A DNA stretch of 64,000 nucleotides from Eledone cirrhosa (Eukaryota). A program made the position numbers and the translations under genes. The DNA is taken from positions 239,878,001-239,942,000 of the forward strand of contig OZ024741.1 of the NCBI GenBank assembly GCA_964016885.1, in the 5' to 3' direction. The first letter of the stretch is position 1; each line of letters starts with the position of its first letter. This document shows positions 37,492-50,241 of this stretch, piece by piece. The notes beneath the pieces are model-generated. The model did not search any database. It was not told the origin of the DNA and saw only the letters and a program-made list of their open reading frames with translations.

Positions 37492-39804
37492 ACACAACAG
37501 TAATAATGATTTCTACATATGCATCCCAATCAGTACTGATAGACATATATAAGAATTGTTTCAGTCTCCTTGATAATGAATGACAGTGACCTTGTTATCG
37601 TGACTAATGACTAATAGACATTTTGAGCAATGTCAACATGGCTATTCCAATGTACATATATAGTTTCAATAGTTGTTCTCTTTGATGGGTCTACTTGGGC
37701 TAGTTCCTCCCTATCCCATGCATTTTCCAGAAACCTCTCAAAGTAACATTTTCATATTAGAGCAAATGCACTGCCACCATTCTATACAAACTCCCAACAA
37801 CTTAATTCACATCGACACACTGCTTTCAAATATGTGATGCCTCATACCTCTGATCTCCTCAATGTAAACCTTTTACTTTCAACTTCTCTCTGCACAGGAG
37901 ACAGAAGCATCTCTAAATAATTAACCTTAGTGATTTATCTTTTTCTAAATATGCTTATATTCCATGCCTATATCTAAACTATAATAAAGCAAGGGCTGCG
38001 GGACTGCATACGGTTTATTTCTTTTAATCCAGTTAGTAAAATAAGTTGAATTACTTTGAATAAATAATGAATGAATATTACATAATTTATGTGCTAAATT
38101 TCGTAAACAAATAATTTCATAAAAATAAACAATCTAAAATTGACTTCTTTTCAAAGTTGCACTTCCAGTATATCGTTGCCACCACCACATCAACTACCAT
38201 ATATAGAGAAAGAGAGAGTGTGTGATGAGAGAGATAGAGAGATTATGATTTTCTACACACTAACACGTATGAGTGTGCACATACATACATCTATATGTAT
38301 GAGTATATAATCGCGCAAACACAAACTTATAAAAATATACACTCACAGACATAATTCACACAAATACACATACTTTCACACAAACATACATACATTCACA
38401 CATATACATTTACACAAACACACATATAAAGTCATGATAGCATTCAATTTAATTGGAAATGGGAGGGTGAAACAAGTATAACGTTTTATTTATTTATTAA
38501 CTCTTTTTTTTAAAACTCATTTAATATAACTAGCAGAAAAACCACAATTCGGGTGGTTTTCTGTTAGCTTGTGTATATAATATTGTACATCTACTTATGA
38601 TAATCTTATTCCAAATTTGGCCAGTACAATAAAGTCTATACTTTGAGGAGGAGGTCTACTATGACCCAAAACATGTTGAACGTTATCTCCAGTATTTACC
38701 AAAATGTCTAGATATTAAGATTAGTCACTAAGCCAAGGGTAGTGGATTGGTAGAACATTGAATAAAATGCCATGCAGTATTTGTTCTGGGTCTTTACGCT
38801 GAATTCAAATTTCACCAAGATCAACTTTGCTTTTCATTCTTCCCAGGTTGATAAAATAAAGTACCAGTCAAGAACTGAGTTGACTGAATTAACTTTGCTC
38901 TTTCCTCAGATTTTGCTGACCTTGTGCCTAAATTAAAATTCAATATTAGTCACTAAGTTAATATCTTTTCTTTGCTGCATTATCCAGTTTAATACCCCCA
39001 CCTGACCCTTGGGTGCTTTTAGCAGAGTCCACACCACTGCAAGATTGGGCCAGGTTACTGGTTTGAGGATAAATTCTTCCATTTTCCCCATCAGTCATTC
39101 AGGCCACAAAAAAGCCATGCACACTTCCTTTTCTCCTGACTGAATCACAAAAATTCTAATTTGGTATTTAATTTTCACTATATTAAATATACTAACATTA
39201 ACTTAAATATTATTTTTCAAGCAGATAACATCTCTAATTAACCTCAGTGATTTCTATTTTATAAATAAACCAATTCTAACAGACTACTTCTATTGGTGTC
39301 AACTTTGTAGTAGTGTGAGTAAAAACAATTCTGCTCATAACTGAGATTTCATTTTTGGCTTCATATTCAACCCTTTCATTACCATATTTCTAATGAAATA
39401 CATTGTTTTAATTAATTAATAAAAATTATAATTGTGTTTTAATTAATTAATAAAAATTATAATTTTATTTAGATGGCATTTGTAACATAACAAAACATAG
39501 ATGGCATTTGTAACATAACAAAACATTCTTATATAAAATTGTTGGAAGGATTTAATTTATATTGGAACCCTTTAAAATAGGGGGTTTTGTTTCATAGAAA
39601 CAGGCAGTTTTGTGTCGGTTGGTATCAAAAGAGTTAAGGTTATACTGGTAATAAGGCTGTCTAATAAAAATGTATTACTCTAGATATAAATTTGAAGAAT
39701 TATCCGCTACTCTTCCCTCCATGTATGTAAATGTATAAACACAATTCTCTGACAAATCAGAGCTAATACCTAAATAACAATATTGTATTCAATTTTATAA
39801 TATA

Positions 39805-40384
39805 CTAGCAGTGGTACCCGGCGTTGCACGGGATAAGGTATTGTGAAATATATAACCGCCTTAGTATTGCCACAACCACGGCTGGCAAAGAAGTAAGGGT
39901 CTGGTGGTACGTAAGTAAGCAACACTGTGGCTTAAAACGTGAGGAAGAAGTTGTGTGCACTTACCAACTGTTTGGGGAATGAGTGTGAGATTTGTCTTGA
40001 GCAAGGGTGGCAGAATAACTGGAGGCAGCAGACAGCCAGACATACAGACAGATATTATAAAGGCGCGTTCTGGACGCAGAGCAAATTGTAGGAAGTGACG
40101 TAATGCAGACAGCCAGACATACAGGCAGATATTATAAGGGCGCGACGTTATATGTATCTATCTAAAAAGAGAAAGACTAAGAATTGTAGAGAGAAATTGC
40201 TAAATCGCCTAATGCAGTTCCTAGGGCATTGAAAATTTGAAGTTTTATTTGCTCAGAACACTCCCTGAAACATAAGTATTACATGTGTAAAGTTTGAAAA
40301 CAGTCGGTTGGGTGGTTCTCTAGTTTTAGGGATTCAAACTCACAGACACCGAGACAGACATCCTCAGTTTTATATATATATAGA
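39805..40384 (-). mobile_element. Non-autonomous Helitron
   Basis: 5' TC, 3' hairpin CCCGTGCAACGCCGGG + CTAG, inserted between A and T, no TSD. Confidence 0.8.
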
Positions 40385-41169
40385 TGAAAAATTTTAACTT
40401 ATATTTCAAACTTGCATGGAAAATATAATATTTAAACCTAATTAATTATTATTGTTTTTACATACCTATATACAAACTTGAGAATGTTTAATATATAAAT
40501 GAAAATATGTGAATGAATTAAAACCCATTTATGAGAATAAAATAAAATTTAAATATCAGAGTGGTATTTAAAAAAAATTATAATCAGTAAGAGAATAAAT
40601 CACAACAGATCTAAACATTATTTTAGAATTAAAAGCTTATAGTCCATTAATGTTTTGTCATATTTACAAATAAAAATTGATAATAATTTTTCATGTTCCT
40701 TGTTATAAACAAAATAATTAAAAATATATTTTTTATATTAAATTACATAAAGATAATACTCAGAATATATTCATTGTTAATAACCTGACATCAAGGATTT
40801 AAAAAAAAAACTTAAGTCTAACTATAGGCAAGTACACGTCATCAGATTCTGCCATTTATATTCAATGTCTGATAGCTGAAAATTCTAATCTATTCACAAT
40901 TAAATCTCACAGAAAACTACCAGACGCTTTTCAACATCTGTTATTTAGCTAATATTTAAACTATATCTTGGTATTTTCGTTGGGCATAAACTAGTTTATT
41001 CTGTAAATAAACAGTCAAATTATGAACAGTCAAATTATATGATACTAAAACTGAAAAAGATTCTTCCAAATCCAAAGCAGTAACACACAATAATAGCTAA
41101 ACATCATATTTTCATTACAGAAACAACATACTGAGACATACTTTAGTTTTAACTATCCATCTATCTATC

Positions 41170-41203
<34 letters not shown>

Positions 41204-41419
41204 AGAATATTATTTGTAAGAAACTAGCATAGAAATATGATTTAATAATCTAATTTGCACAATATAATATTTGACATAAAAATAACATAAAAATAAAGTA
41301 CATAAAAATAAGGTACTGTAAATATTTCTTTGTTTATACTTCTTTGTACATATTAAAAATAACTAATCATTTTTTGTGTAAGAAAAATATAAACATTTGA
41401 AAAATGTAAATGGACTTAC

Positions 41420-41560
41420 TTTAATCATAAAATTAGATTTTTGTAACTTGAAATAAACCAGTCAACTGTAACTACTACTGCTGTTATGTCTCTGCTGGTG
41501 CTGTAACAACAGCTCTTTGGTGATAAACTAGATGAGGAGCCTGCTGCAACATTTAATTTG
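41420..41560 (-). other. Candidate non-coding first exon of PcdhA (5' edge unknown)
   Basis: AAA|GTAAGT donor at 41420, 948 nt past the B stop; TG-rich sequence upstream. Confidence 0.4.
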
Positions 41561-42264
41561 GTTACGTATGGGTGTGTCTGTGTGTATGCATATTATATAA
41601 GCAATATCAAATTTAACTTGAGGGGTGGATAAGTGTGTTTGTATATATATTTATATATATATAGAGAGAGTTATACCCTGAATTAAATGCTCTTGTTTTT
41701 CATCCACTCATATTTGTTATTAAAATGCATCTTCAGGTTTTCACGTATTTAACTATATAATAGCAATAACATTTGCCAATATAGTCAGAATACTTGATAA
41801 TCTTATAGAATTCTCTTTTTCAATAATATAAAAATAATCATACTACAAAAACTTGCTTTAAAAATATGACCTACTTAGTAGTTTGAGAGACATCAAAATG
41901 ACAAAATTGGAGCAACAAAAATAGTAGAGTGATGGAGTAAATTCCCTTTAGTTTCAACTTTTCATGTTCTGAGTTCAAATCCTAGAGTAGATTTTGTCTT
42001 TCATTTTTCCAGTGTGGATAACATAATAGTCTGTAATGTACTAAGGTTGTTTTATTCAACTATACTCTTTCCTTACAAATATGTAGCTTTCTTCTAACTA
42101 TTATTGTTATTATTACAACACACTGATTTAATAGAAAACATTTAACTGTCAGACTGACATTTTTTACTGAAGGAAGATTTAACTTCATTCAAATTATCTA
42201 ACATATAAATATGAAGCAGTTATGTTAGAAAGCTATTTCTGAAGAGAATTAATAAATAAAAATG

Positions 42265-42296
<32 letters not shown>

Positions 42297-42367
42297 CAAT
42301 TGTTATTAAATTATCTCTATTCTGAATAATGTTTGCTTCCCTATACGAGATACAGTGTTATATATCA

Positions 42368-42447
42368 TTATGCGTGTTTTAGGTAGGTTTCCTGGCTCTG
42401 ATCTTTTTTCAAAGTACAATCTTCATTGTTCTTGTACGTACTGTTTC
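42368..42447 (-). CDS. Protocadherin B terminal coding exon (GNSTYKNNEDCTLKKDQSQETYLKHA*)
   Basis: ttttctacatttcag| acceptor; phase-1 frame runs open to TAA; 80 nt, same length and ETYxKHA* end as the paralogous exon 51638-51717. Confidence 0.82.
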
Positions 42448-42774
42448 CTGAAATGTAGAAAATAATATATTGTAAAGTTAGAAAAATGAAAATATATTAA
42501 TAAAAAAATTATTGATGCCCAACATATTATTTATTCCAACATACAAGTTACAAAATATTTATATAAAATTTATCAACATCTAATAGTTTTTACTTCATAA
42601 ATATTTTTGATATTATTTGTTTACTTAACACTTAATCTTTTTTTACTCAATTATGTTAAGTAATATCCAATAAGTCATTGTGTTGTTAGATCCCCATTTA
42701 ATGCTTCCTTTTAAATTGGAATGGCAGATTTGAGGCATAACAAAGCAAATTAAAGAAACATTCACAAGCTATAT

Positions 42775-43322
42775 CTCCACATGTCTAACACCAGTGTGCA
42801 TGCCAACAAAGTAAAAAAACAGCACAGCTCCCATGACTTTCGGAAACATTTTTTCACGCTCAGAGTTGTGGAAGCATGGAACAAACTCCCCGCATCAGTT
42901 ATTAGCTGTCGAGACACTGCATCCTTTAAAACCTCCATGCTTCCTGAGATTCGCCAACACTACATGTAATATTCCCCCTCCATACACACGCACACATGTA
43001 TATCATGACTCAAACACTATTCACTTCCCTGACATTTGTACATTATTCGGGTAGTGGATTAGCAGTATCGGTAGAGAGTCGGACGCCATGCTTTCCAGCA
43101 TGGTTACATCCTTTTACGATCTGAGTTCAAATCCCGCCGAGGTTAACTTTGCATTTCATCCTTTCGGGGTCGATAAAATAAAAATAAAGTACCGGTAATG
43201 TACTGGGTAATTGGTGGCCTTGTGCCAAAAGTAGAAACAATTATTCTATGTACTATACATGCACCTTTGATGAGTTGTAGTGCACCTAAGCACTGTACAC
43301 AATAATTTCATTATTATTATTT
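42775..43322 (+). mobile_element. CR1/L2-group LINE 3' end, interrupted by a SINE
   Basis: FRKHFFTLRVVEAWNKLPASVISC..ASFK; 3' UTR ends (ATT)n; uninterrupted copy at 3420-3518. Confidence 0.75.
43049..43239 (+). mobile_element. Same SINE family, inserted in the CR1/L2 3' UTR
   Basis: TSD attattc; empty-site version at ~3439-3450. Older or partial copies at ~38735-38935, ~41930-42090, ~55670-55770 and 60955-61015. Confidence 0.85.
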
Positions 43323-43594
43323 TTTAATTTTTTATTATGAATTAAACTTCATTGTCAGAGACAGTGTGCAACAGCTGTATCAGGATACAAACCATTGATC
43401 TTTTTAGCCAGAATTTTAAGATTGTTTTCATAAAGAAATTTGCAATCCCCAATAATATATTACGAAAATACTTTTAATTTATGGTAGCAAACACATTTTC
43501 TTCTTAGTTAAGTTAAAGTACATTTAATCATCAATTATAACATTTAAAACAGAATAGGCAATATTTGAACAAATAAATATATATAAACACACAC

Positions 43595-43635
<41 letters not shown>

Positions 43636-43725
43636 TATGTAGGAGGTGAGTTTTATTGTAGCACAATAAAGCAATGCAAATATCGAATAACTAGCACTCA
43701 ACAGTTTATAGAACTGGAGTATAAA

Positions 43726-44117
43726 TAATATAAGAACAAAAGATGGTTAAAAGAGTTCCATGTATTTTATTATGCGCATTTCAAAAACAAATATCATCAT
43801 GGGATGATATTTGCGTTCTCATCATATAAAATAGGGAGACATGATATGAAGCTTAAAAAACACTTGCGAGCAGTGAAGAGTTAAATCAACATTGTGTTTT
43901 TTTAAGCTTCATATCATGTCTCCCTATTTTATCTGATGAGAACGCAAATATAATCCCATGATGTGTTAAATCAACATAAGTGTTTTTTAAGCTTCATATC
44001 ATGTCTCCCTATTTTATCTGATGAGAACGCAAATATCATCCCATGATGATATTTGTTTTTGAAATGCGCATAATAAAATACATGGAACTCTTTTAACCAT
44101 CTTTTGATCTTATATTA
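43726..44117. repeat. ~140-bp inverted repeat with an internal partial tandem copy (Penelope pLTR-like foldback)
   Basis: 43726-43865 is the reverse complement of 43978-44117; 43880-43963 is a partial direct copy of the right arm. Confidence 0.85.
44010..44080 (+). ncRNA. Minimal type I hammerhead ribozyme (Penelope pLTR type)
   Basis: Stem I tattttat/ataaaata; core CTGATGA 44018-44024; long stem II; GAAA 44061-44064; palindromic stem III ATGCGCAT; UA cleavage site after 44072. Confidence 0.8.
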
Positions 44118-44143
44118 TATATAAATATATATATATATATATT

Positions 44144-45115
44144 CTAGCATTAAAGCCCGGCGTTGCTCGGGATCAGTAAGTTACCAAAGTTAGGTTGCAG
44201 CACCCATTTTATGGCAGCACTTTTTTGTCTGCCAGGCACTGGGTGAATGAATTGCAGACCTGGACCAGCAGTGACAATTGTAGTTTCGCCTATTGATATT
44301 ATCTCTGTGCAAAGAAGTGTTGAAATTTATTGTTTCACAGTACTTGCGCAACACGCGTGTAGACGATGCCAGCCGAACAACAGAGCTGCGATGGAGTTGT
44401 TCTGCATGACATGTTTTAACGGGGGAGGGGCAGAATGAGGGAACCGCAAACAGGGGCCTGAAACATTGTCGAATTATGAGAACCAAAAAAGAGGAAGAGG
44501 GGTTGTATGGTTGGTGCATCATGTACGTCGGACGTAGAAGATGAACCTGCTGCTGTGCCAACGGAGAGAGGGAAATAGAGCTGAGCGGAGGCCTGGTGTT
44601 GGTGAAGTGTGAAGTAATTGCAGGGAACCGCCTAAAAATGTAAATCCTGTCATTAAAGCATTGATCACCCTTTGAGAGTCGTACGGAGGTGAAAACCCTG
44701 GCAATAATATCATGCCGATGACAGTCCTGCTGCCCTGGGAGAAGTTCCCGCGTAACCTCAACCCACTTGGGATTACACGTAAACGTGATGAATAAATCGG
44801 GGCGCCCATAATGCCGAACGAACGTCATAGCGTCCTGTGTTCGCTCGTGCATGTACCGCGGTCCCCCCATATAGGTTGAGGGGAGAATGCACATTTTGCC
44901 GATGTTCCGGGGGTCAGTATCATTCCTGATGCCGTCATGCAAATGTATGTGGGAGTCTGAGCGCAGCTGCTTCTGATTCAATTTTATGAAGCACAGTCTC
45001 TCTGACTCCATCTTTGCAGTCATATCAACTGCAAACTGGTGAAACAGTTCCCGTGACCTGTGCAGGGTGGTGCTGAAATCGTTAGGCCTCGTCATGAAGC
45101 AGTAGGAGTATAGAG
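44144..45115 (-). mobile_element. Helitron fragment (Rep domain + 3' terminus)
   Basis: LFHQFAVD..ILPSTYMGGPRYMHERTQDAM..YGRPDLFITFTCNPKW..RHDIIARVF; 3' hairpin CCCGAGCAACGCCGGG followed by CTAG at 44144. Confidence 0.9.
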
Positions 45116-45118
45116 TAA

Positions 45119-45159
<41 letters not shown>

Positions 45160-45405
45160 TGTGTGTATTGAATAATGAAAATAAAACAAAAGTCTAAGAC
45201 AGGCTCTTAATTAGTTCATTGAGTTCTAATGTTATAGACCCCACAATATACAGGTAGATATCAATATATTATTAAACATTAAACAGAAAAATAAGAAACG
45301 TCTAACACTAGTATCATATCTAAAATTTACTTTCTATTTAAAATTTTTTCAATAATTAGTCTAAATCATAAGAACTATTTTGATTTAGATATTATTATTA
45401 ATTAC

Positions 45406-45565
45406 CTGACATGTCTGGTATTTCTTCATAATGTTTCATATTTCCTACACTCAATCCATGTCCATTATTTTGTGAAGATAATGTGTTTGTTGGATATGTT
45501 GATGTCAGACTAGTTGCTTCAACAGCATCATCATTAGATGTCACCACAACTGGTTGACTGTACTT
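45406..45565 (-). CDS. Protocadherin B cytoplasmic tail exon 1 (KYSQPVVVTSNDDAVEA...KHYEEIPDMS)
   Basis: ctttctatacag| acceptor and CAG|GTAAT donor; 160 nt, phase 0 to 1, open frame; paralogous to 34339-34504, 52282-52434 and 21574-21732. Confidence 0.88.
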
Positions 45566-45680
45566 CTGTATAGAAAGTAAAGTAAAATAAAACGAATTGA
45601 ATATTGCCGCTTTATATGAAGTTTAAAACTCTTTTCTTACCAGATGTTCAATAAAATGCACAGTATTTGAATTAATTAAT

Positions 45681-45866
45681 TGTTTCTACTTTTGGCACAA
45701 GGCCAGCAATTACCCAGTGCATTACTGGTACTTTATTTTATCGACCCCATAAGGATGAAAGGCAAAGTTAACCTCGGCGGGATTTGAACTCAGAATGGCA
45801 AGGCCGTAACTCTATGCGTCAAAGCATTGTGCCCGATCTTCTACCGATACTGCCAATCCACCGCCC
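45681..45866 (-). mobile_element. Same SINE family, in PcdhB intron
   Basis: 17-bp TSD tatttgaattaattaat at 45664-45680 and 45867-45883. Confidence 0.85.
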
Positions 45867-46119
45867 TATTTGAATTAATTAATGAAGAATTTCAAGTGAT
45901 TTTTGTAACAGAGCAAAATGTTGTTATATAAGATTATGCTGGAAGGTGTTGACTTGAATAGGAACTCTTGAAATGGGCAGCTGTGTTATTAAAGGCAGTT
46001 TGTGGTAGGCTGGTATCAAAAGGGATGACTAAAATGAAATTAGTAATATAAACAAGCACACAAGAGGTTTTGCAGTCTCTAAATTTAAATACATAAGTAT
46101 AAAATATTTTACAACTTAC

Positions 46120-48516
46120 TGCAGTTGGTTTTGGTAAAGTTCTTGACTGAACTGAAGCTTCATATTTATTCTGTAGCTGACCTTCTGAATAACATTCACT
46201 CTTTGATCTCTCAGAATATATATTTCTTTTTATCATCTCTTCTGTATTCCTTGACATAGCAACAGGATTGTTAGACTGATACAACAATTGTTTCATCTCT
46301 GTTCTACCTTGGTATGCTGTAGTGTTTGTTGTAGTAGCTGTGTTATCTCTGTGTTTAATACATTTCATTATACACAGTGTTATAGAAACAACAATAGCCA
46401 CTGATACTATTACTGCTGATGATACAATGATAATAACCCATGTCATATGGACTCTACCTGAAGATTGTATAGGTACACTTTTCAACATTGGTGATGTCTC
46501 ATTACTAACAGCCAATACCAAAGTCACACTAGTTGTTGATGACTGAACTGGACTACCACTGTCTTTTACAACAAACTTTAGTTCATAACTTCCAGCATCA
46601 TTTAGATAAACTTGTCTGGAGAAGGATAAAGCACCACTGTGTGAGTTCATAGTAAACAACTGTTTATTATTTCCTTGTATAATTCCATATGTGAGGAAAG
46701 CATTGTTTCCACTGTCACCATCAGATGCTCTCAAAACTGTGATGTCACTCTTACTCTGGGGATGGTAGTGAACATTTAGGGTGTAAGGGTCAACACTAGG
46801 AAAGGTGAAATATGGGACATTGTCATTTTGATCTAAAATCTCAACAACAACATTGGCTGTGTCATTCAGAGATGGACTTCCATTATCTTTGACAAAAACC
46901 TCAAATTTATACACATCTTGTTTCTCTCTGTCTAATGACATGGTGGCTGAAATAAAGCCATAACTGGTAATCAGAAATGGTAGATTTGATTTTTCTTTAT
47001 GAATCAGAGAATATGTGAGTTGTCCAGCAGATCCAAGGTCAGGGTCAGTGGCATTGACAAAACCAATAGGGAAGTCTTTATCTTTGTTTTCATAGGTCAG
47101 GAATTGGAATGTATCTTTTGTAAGCTGTGGTTGTACATCATTGATATCAGTCACTTGGATAGAGAGAGTTTTAACACTTTTAAGAGGAGGTAATCCTTTA
47201 TCTTGACATGAGACAGAAATGTTATAGTGTCCTTGTGTTTCTCTGTCTACTGGTTTATTTAGAACTATTTTATATTCTTTAGATCCCATTGACTGTAGTT
47301 TGAATGTATCATGTTTGATATCACAGCTGACCTCTCCATTTTGTCCAACATCATTGTCAGTGACCATCACATAAGCAATGAAACTACCAACTTTAATATC
47401 TTCAGAAATGGTAGCTGTGTTGTCATTGATAGCAGAAACATAATCTATATCAATAGATGGAGGGTTGTTGTGTTGGTTGATAACATTTACCAGAACTGTT
47501 GCTATGGAACTGAGTGGAGGGTTGCCTCCATCTCTAGCTTCTATAAACAGCTCATATACTGTCTTTTCATCCAATTTAGAATATTTAGTTGAAAATATTT
47601 CTCCAGTGTTTTTATTTAAATTAAAATATCTCTTTGATTGGCTAGAGGTTTTCGGGCTGAAATGGTAGGTAATGTTGCCATTGGGTCCTGAATCTTTGTC
47701 TGTTACTATCAAAGCAAGAATAGACTTTGTTATGTCATGTGTGGTTCTAATGGAAATATTATAAAGTGGTTGTGAAAATACAGGTGGATTATCATTCTCA
47801 TCTTTCACTACAATCAGAACATTTAACACACATTGTTTAGATGGGGAACCCCCATCTTTAGCAATAACTTCTAAATTGTATTTCTCTTTTATCTCTCTGT
47901 CTAATTTATCTTTTAAAACAATCTTTAATGAGGAAATACCATCAGCTCTTTTAGAAACTGACAGAGAAAATAAATCATCAGATTTTTTAAATTTATATTC
48001 AATAAAAGAATTTTTGAAACTAATATCTTTGTCTATGGCATTTGGGATTGATTTCTTCAAACCTCTTCCACCTATTTCCTCAAATTGTAAAGTGATTTGT
48101 TTTTCTGAAAATTCTGGCTCATGGTCGTTAATGTCTTCTATTACTATTTTGATTTTTAATATTTTTGTAAATGATTTTGTTTTCCGAACAACAATTTTAA
48201 TAGTTCTAGAACATTCTTTGTTATATATACAAAGCGATTCTGCATCTAGTGTCTGAGCAGTGTATAGTTTTCCTGTTTTGGTGACATTAAAATACTGTGT
48301 TAATTTTCTTGTTAGTTGACTAAATGTTACCATTTGCTGTTTAGATGGTTTAACATTGTCTAACAACTTAGAATCAGCAGCAATATCTGCAACATATGTT
48401 CCTGGACTTCTCTCTTCTTCTATATGATAAGTTAGATCTATGCTGCAGCATGTGTGAAACACTGACAAGATGATATATAGTGTGAACCACATAATTATAT
48501 TTGGTTTTTGCAACAT
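46120..48516 (-). CDS. Protocadherin B, large coding exon (signal peptide, 6 cadherin repeats, TM helix, juxtamembrane)
   Basis: ORF 45934..48561. EC1 C-x5-C (LCIYNKEC); linkers DINDHEP, DENDNPP, NQHNNPP, DINDVQP, DQNDNVP; LDRE/VDRE motifs; hydrophobic TM VIIIVSSAVIVSVAIVVSITLCI. Acceptor ttcttgcag| gives exon edge 48547, first ATG at 48516, donor GCA|GTAAGT at 46120 (phase 0). Confidence 0.95.
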
Positions 48517-48773
48517 TTCACAATTATCCGAATAGTTATAATTTAACCTGCAAGAACACAAAAAAAACTTTTGTGAAAATATGAACTGGATAACAACATC
48601 AAAACAAAGGAGGAATCTCCTTAAGACCGCTGTAATTCTTTATCGATAGTTTCTGATAATGTATTTTACTGAGAAACATTTTGAAAACTCTGTGTGTGTG
48701 TGTTTGTGTCTATGCTTGTATACACATGCATGTATGTCTGTGTAGTAGGAGTAGGAATAATAATAATAATAAT

Positions 48774-49013
48774 TAGGCGCACTAGGTACTATCTCAAAGA
48801 GTTTCCAAGGATGGTTAAAGAAAATTGGTCCTGCCCCGCTTTTTGGAACACTTCAAAAGGCATGCTTGCTGGGAACAGCAAGAACCCTCCGATACGTCCC
48901 GAATATCTGAGGCTGCAGGTAGTGGCTTGATATTCATTTCAACAAACTTTCCAGTTAAATAACATCAATGACTGAGACTCAAAGAACAATAATAATAATA
49001 ATAATAATAATAA
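48774..49013 (+). mobile_element. R4/Dong-type (RLE) non-LTR 3' end within an (AAT)n microsatellite
   Basis: Translates IGALGTISK..LQKACLLGTARTLR; flanked on both sides by (AAT)n. Confidence 0.7.
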
Positions 49014-49323
49014 TTGGTGAGAAATAGCTCAGAGGACAATTATAATGAAAACAATGTTTACCATAATTCTATAATGAAAATATTACTAGAAAAAAAACAA
49101 AACAAAAAGAAAAGCTGTAAATTGAAGGAAATATAATATAATGTGTTTAATTAAATTGGGAAAGAAAGATTACCATGAGGGTTTATTGATTTATATTTGT
49201 TTTTAATTTCAGAAAATATAGTAAATAATCTGGTAAATTTATAATGATATATTGATTATTGGTATCATCTTTACATTATTGTTTTGTTAAGAATGACACA
49301 CATATATATATATATATCTGCTA

Positions 49324-49364
<41 letters not shown>

Positions 49365-50093
49365 AAAATTATGTTAAATGTTATTTGTCAAAACAAGAAA
49401 ATCCTTTTTTTCTTTAACTTAAACATTAAATGTAAAATTAATACTACTTAATGAAGATGATGATGATCATTATAATTATAGTAATGTAATTATAAAGGCT
49501 CTATTATTCTTTTTTACTAACATTTACAGACGAATACTCCTTATATGCTGACATTTTAAATTCTCTTTAGCCTGCTATGAATTCTCTCTGACACAAATCA
49601 TAGAAAATCAAAGAACTTCAGCTTCATTTACCCCTAGTTAGCATACAGCTTCAGTTCTTGTTTTCAGTCACATATTATTTTTATTATTTTATTATTTCTA
49701 CACCATTCATCTTTTACTTTCACACATATTCCATATTAATAAACTGAAATTTATATAAAACAGTGACATAATTTAGTAACTAATAGATATCTATAGAGAT
49801 TGTATAATAGCAATAGTATTATTTCTTTTTCTTTTCTTTTATTAGAATAATTTATTCAGTTGGGTGTGAAAATATTCAAAATTTAATCTAAAGCAACATT
49901 TAAGGTCTTAACTACTATAAGCGTAACAAACAATGTATTTAATGGAGAGAAATATGTCTACTCCACTAGCTAATCACTGTTTCCTTTCAGCTTTTCATTA
50001 GGTTGAGAGATTTTTTTCGATAGCATATGTTAAAAAATAAACAATGAAAATTAGCACAAAGAAAACAACAAACAAAAAATATCATAATCTTAC

Positions 50094-50180
50094 CTTAACC
50101 TTTAATACCATTGATATTTAATGTAATAAGGATATGCCTATTTTGTTACAGTTGAAAGGTCCATATTGTAGCTGCTGCTG

Positions 50181-50190
<10 letters not shown>
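50094..50190 (-). other. Candidate non-coding first exon of PcdhB (5' edge unknown)
   Basis: AAG|GTAAGA donor at 50094, 1.5 kb past the unit C stop and upstream of the B acceptor; adjacent (TG)n. The large exon starts at an acceptor, so an upstream exon is required. Confidence 0.45.
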
Positions 50191-50234
<44 letters not shown>

Positions 50235-50241
50235 GTGCGTG

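Noticed and set aside
39400-39526. Two adjacent short tandem duplications (~33 and 28 bp)
   Set aside because: Ordinary slippage duplications in AT-rich intron DNA.
42251-42292. AATAAA + poly(A) suggesting a plus-strand retrocopy
   Set aside because: No upstream ORF or TSD; more simply a U-tract in the PcdhB 3' UTR.
44190-44690. C-terminal half of the 301-aa ORF as a captured host gene
   Set aside because: Homology stops after IIARVF; the remainder has no recognisable motif and probably reflects an internal deletion read out of frame.
45934-46119. ORF-track C-termini (VSCKIF... in B; VRIFLL... at 34553-34651 in A) and non-ATG N-terminal extensions
   Set aside because: These read through consensus GTAAG donors into introns, or start at non-ATG codons before the first ATG.
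34749-48256. Plus-strand ORFs overlapping the Pcdh exons
   Set aside because: Antisense shadows; duplicated only because A and B are near-identical.
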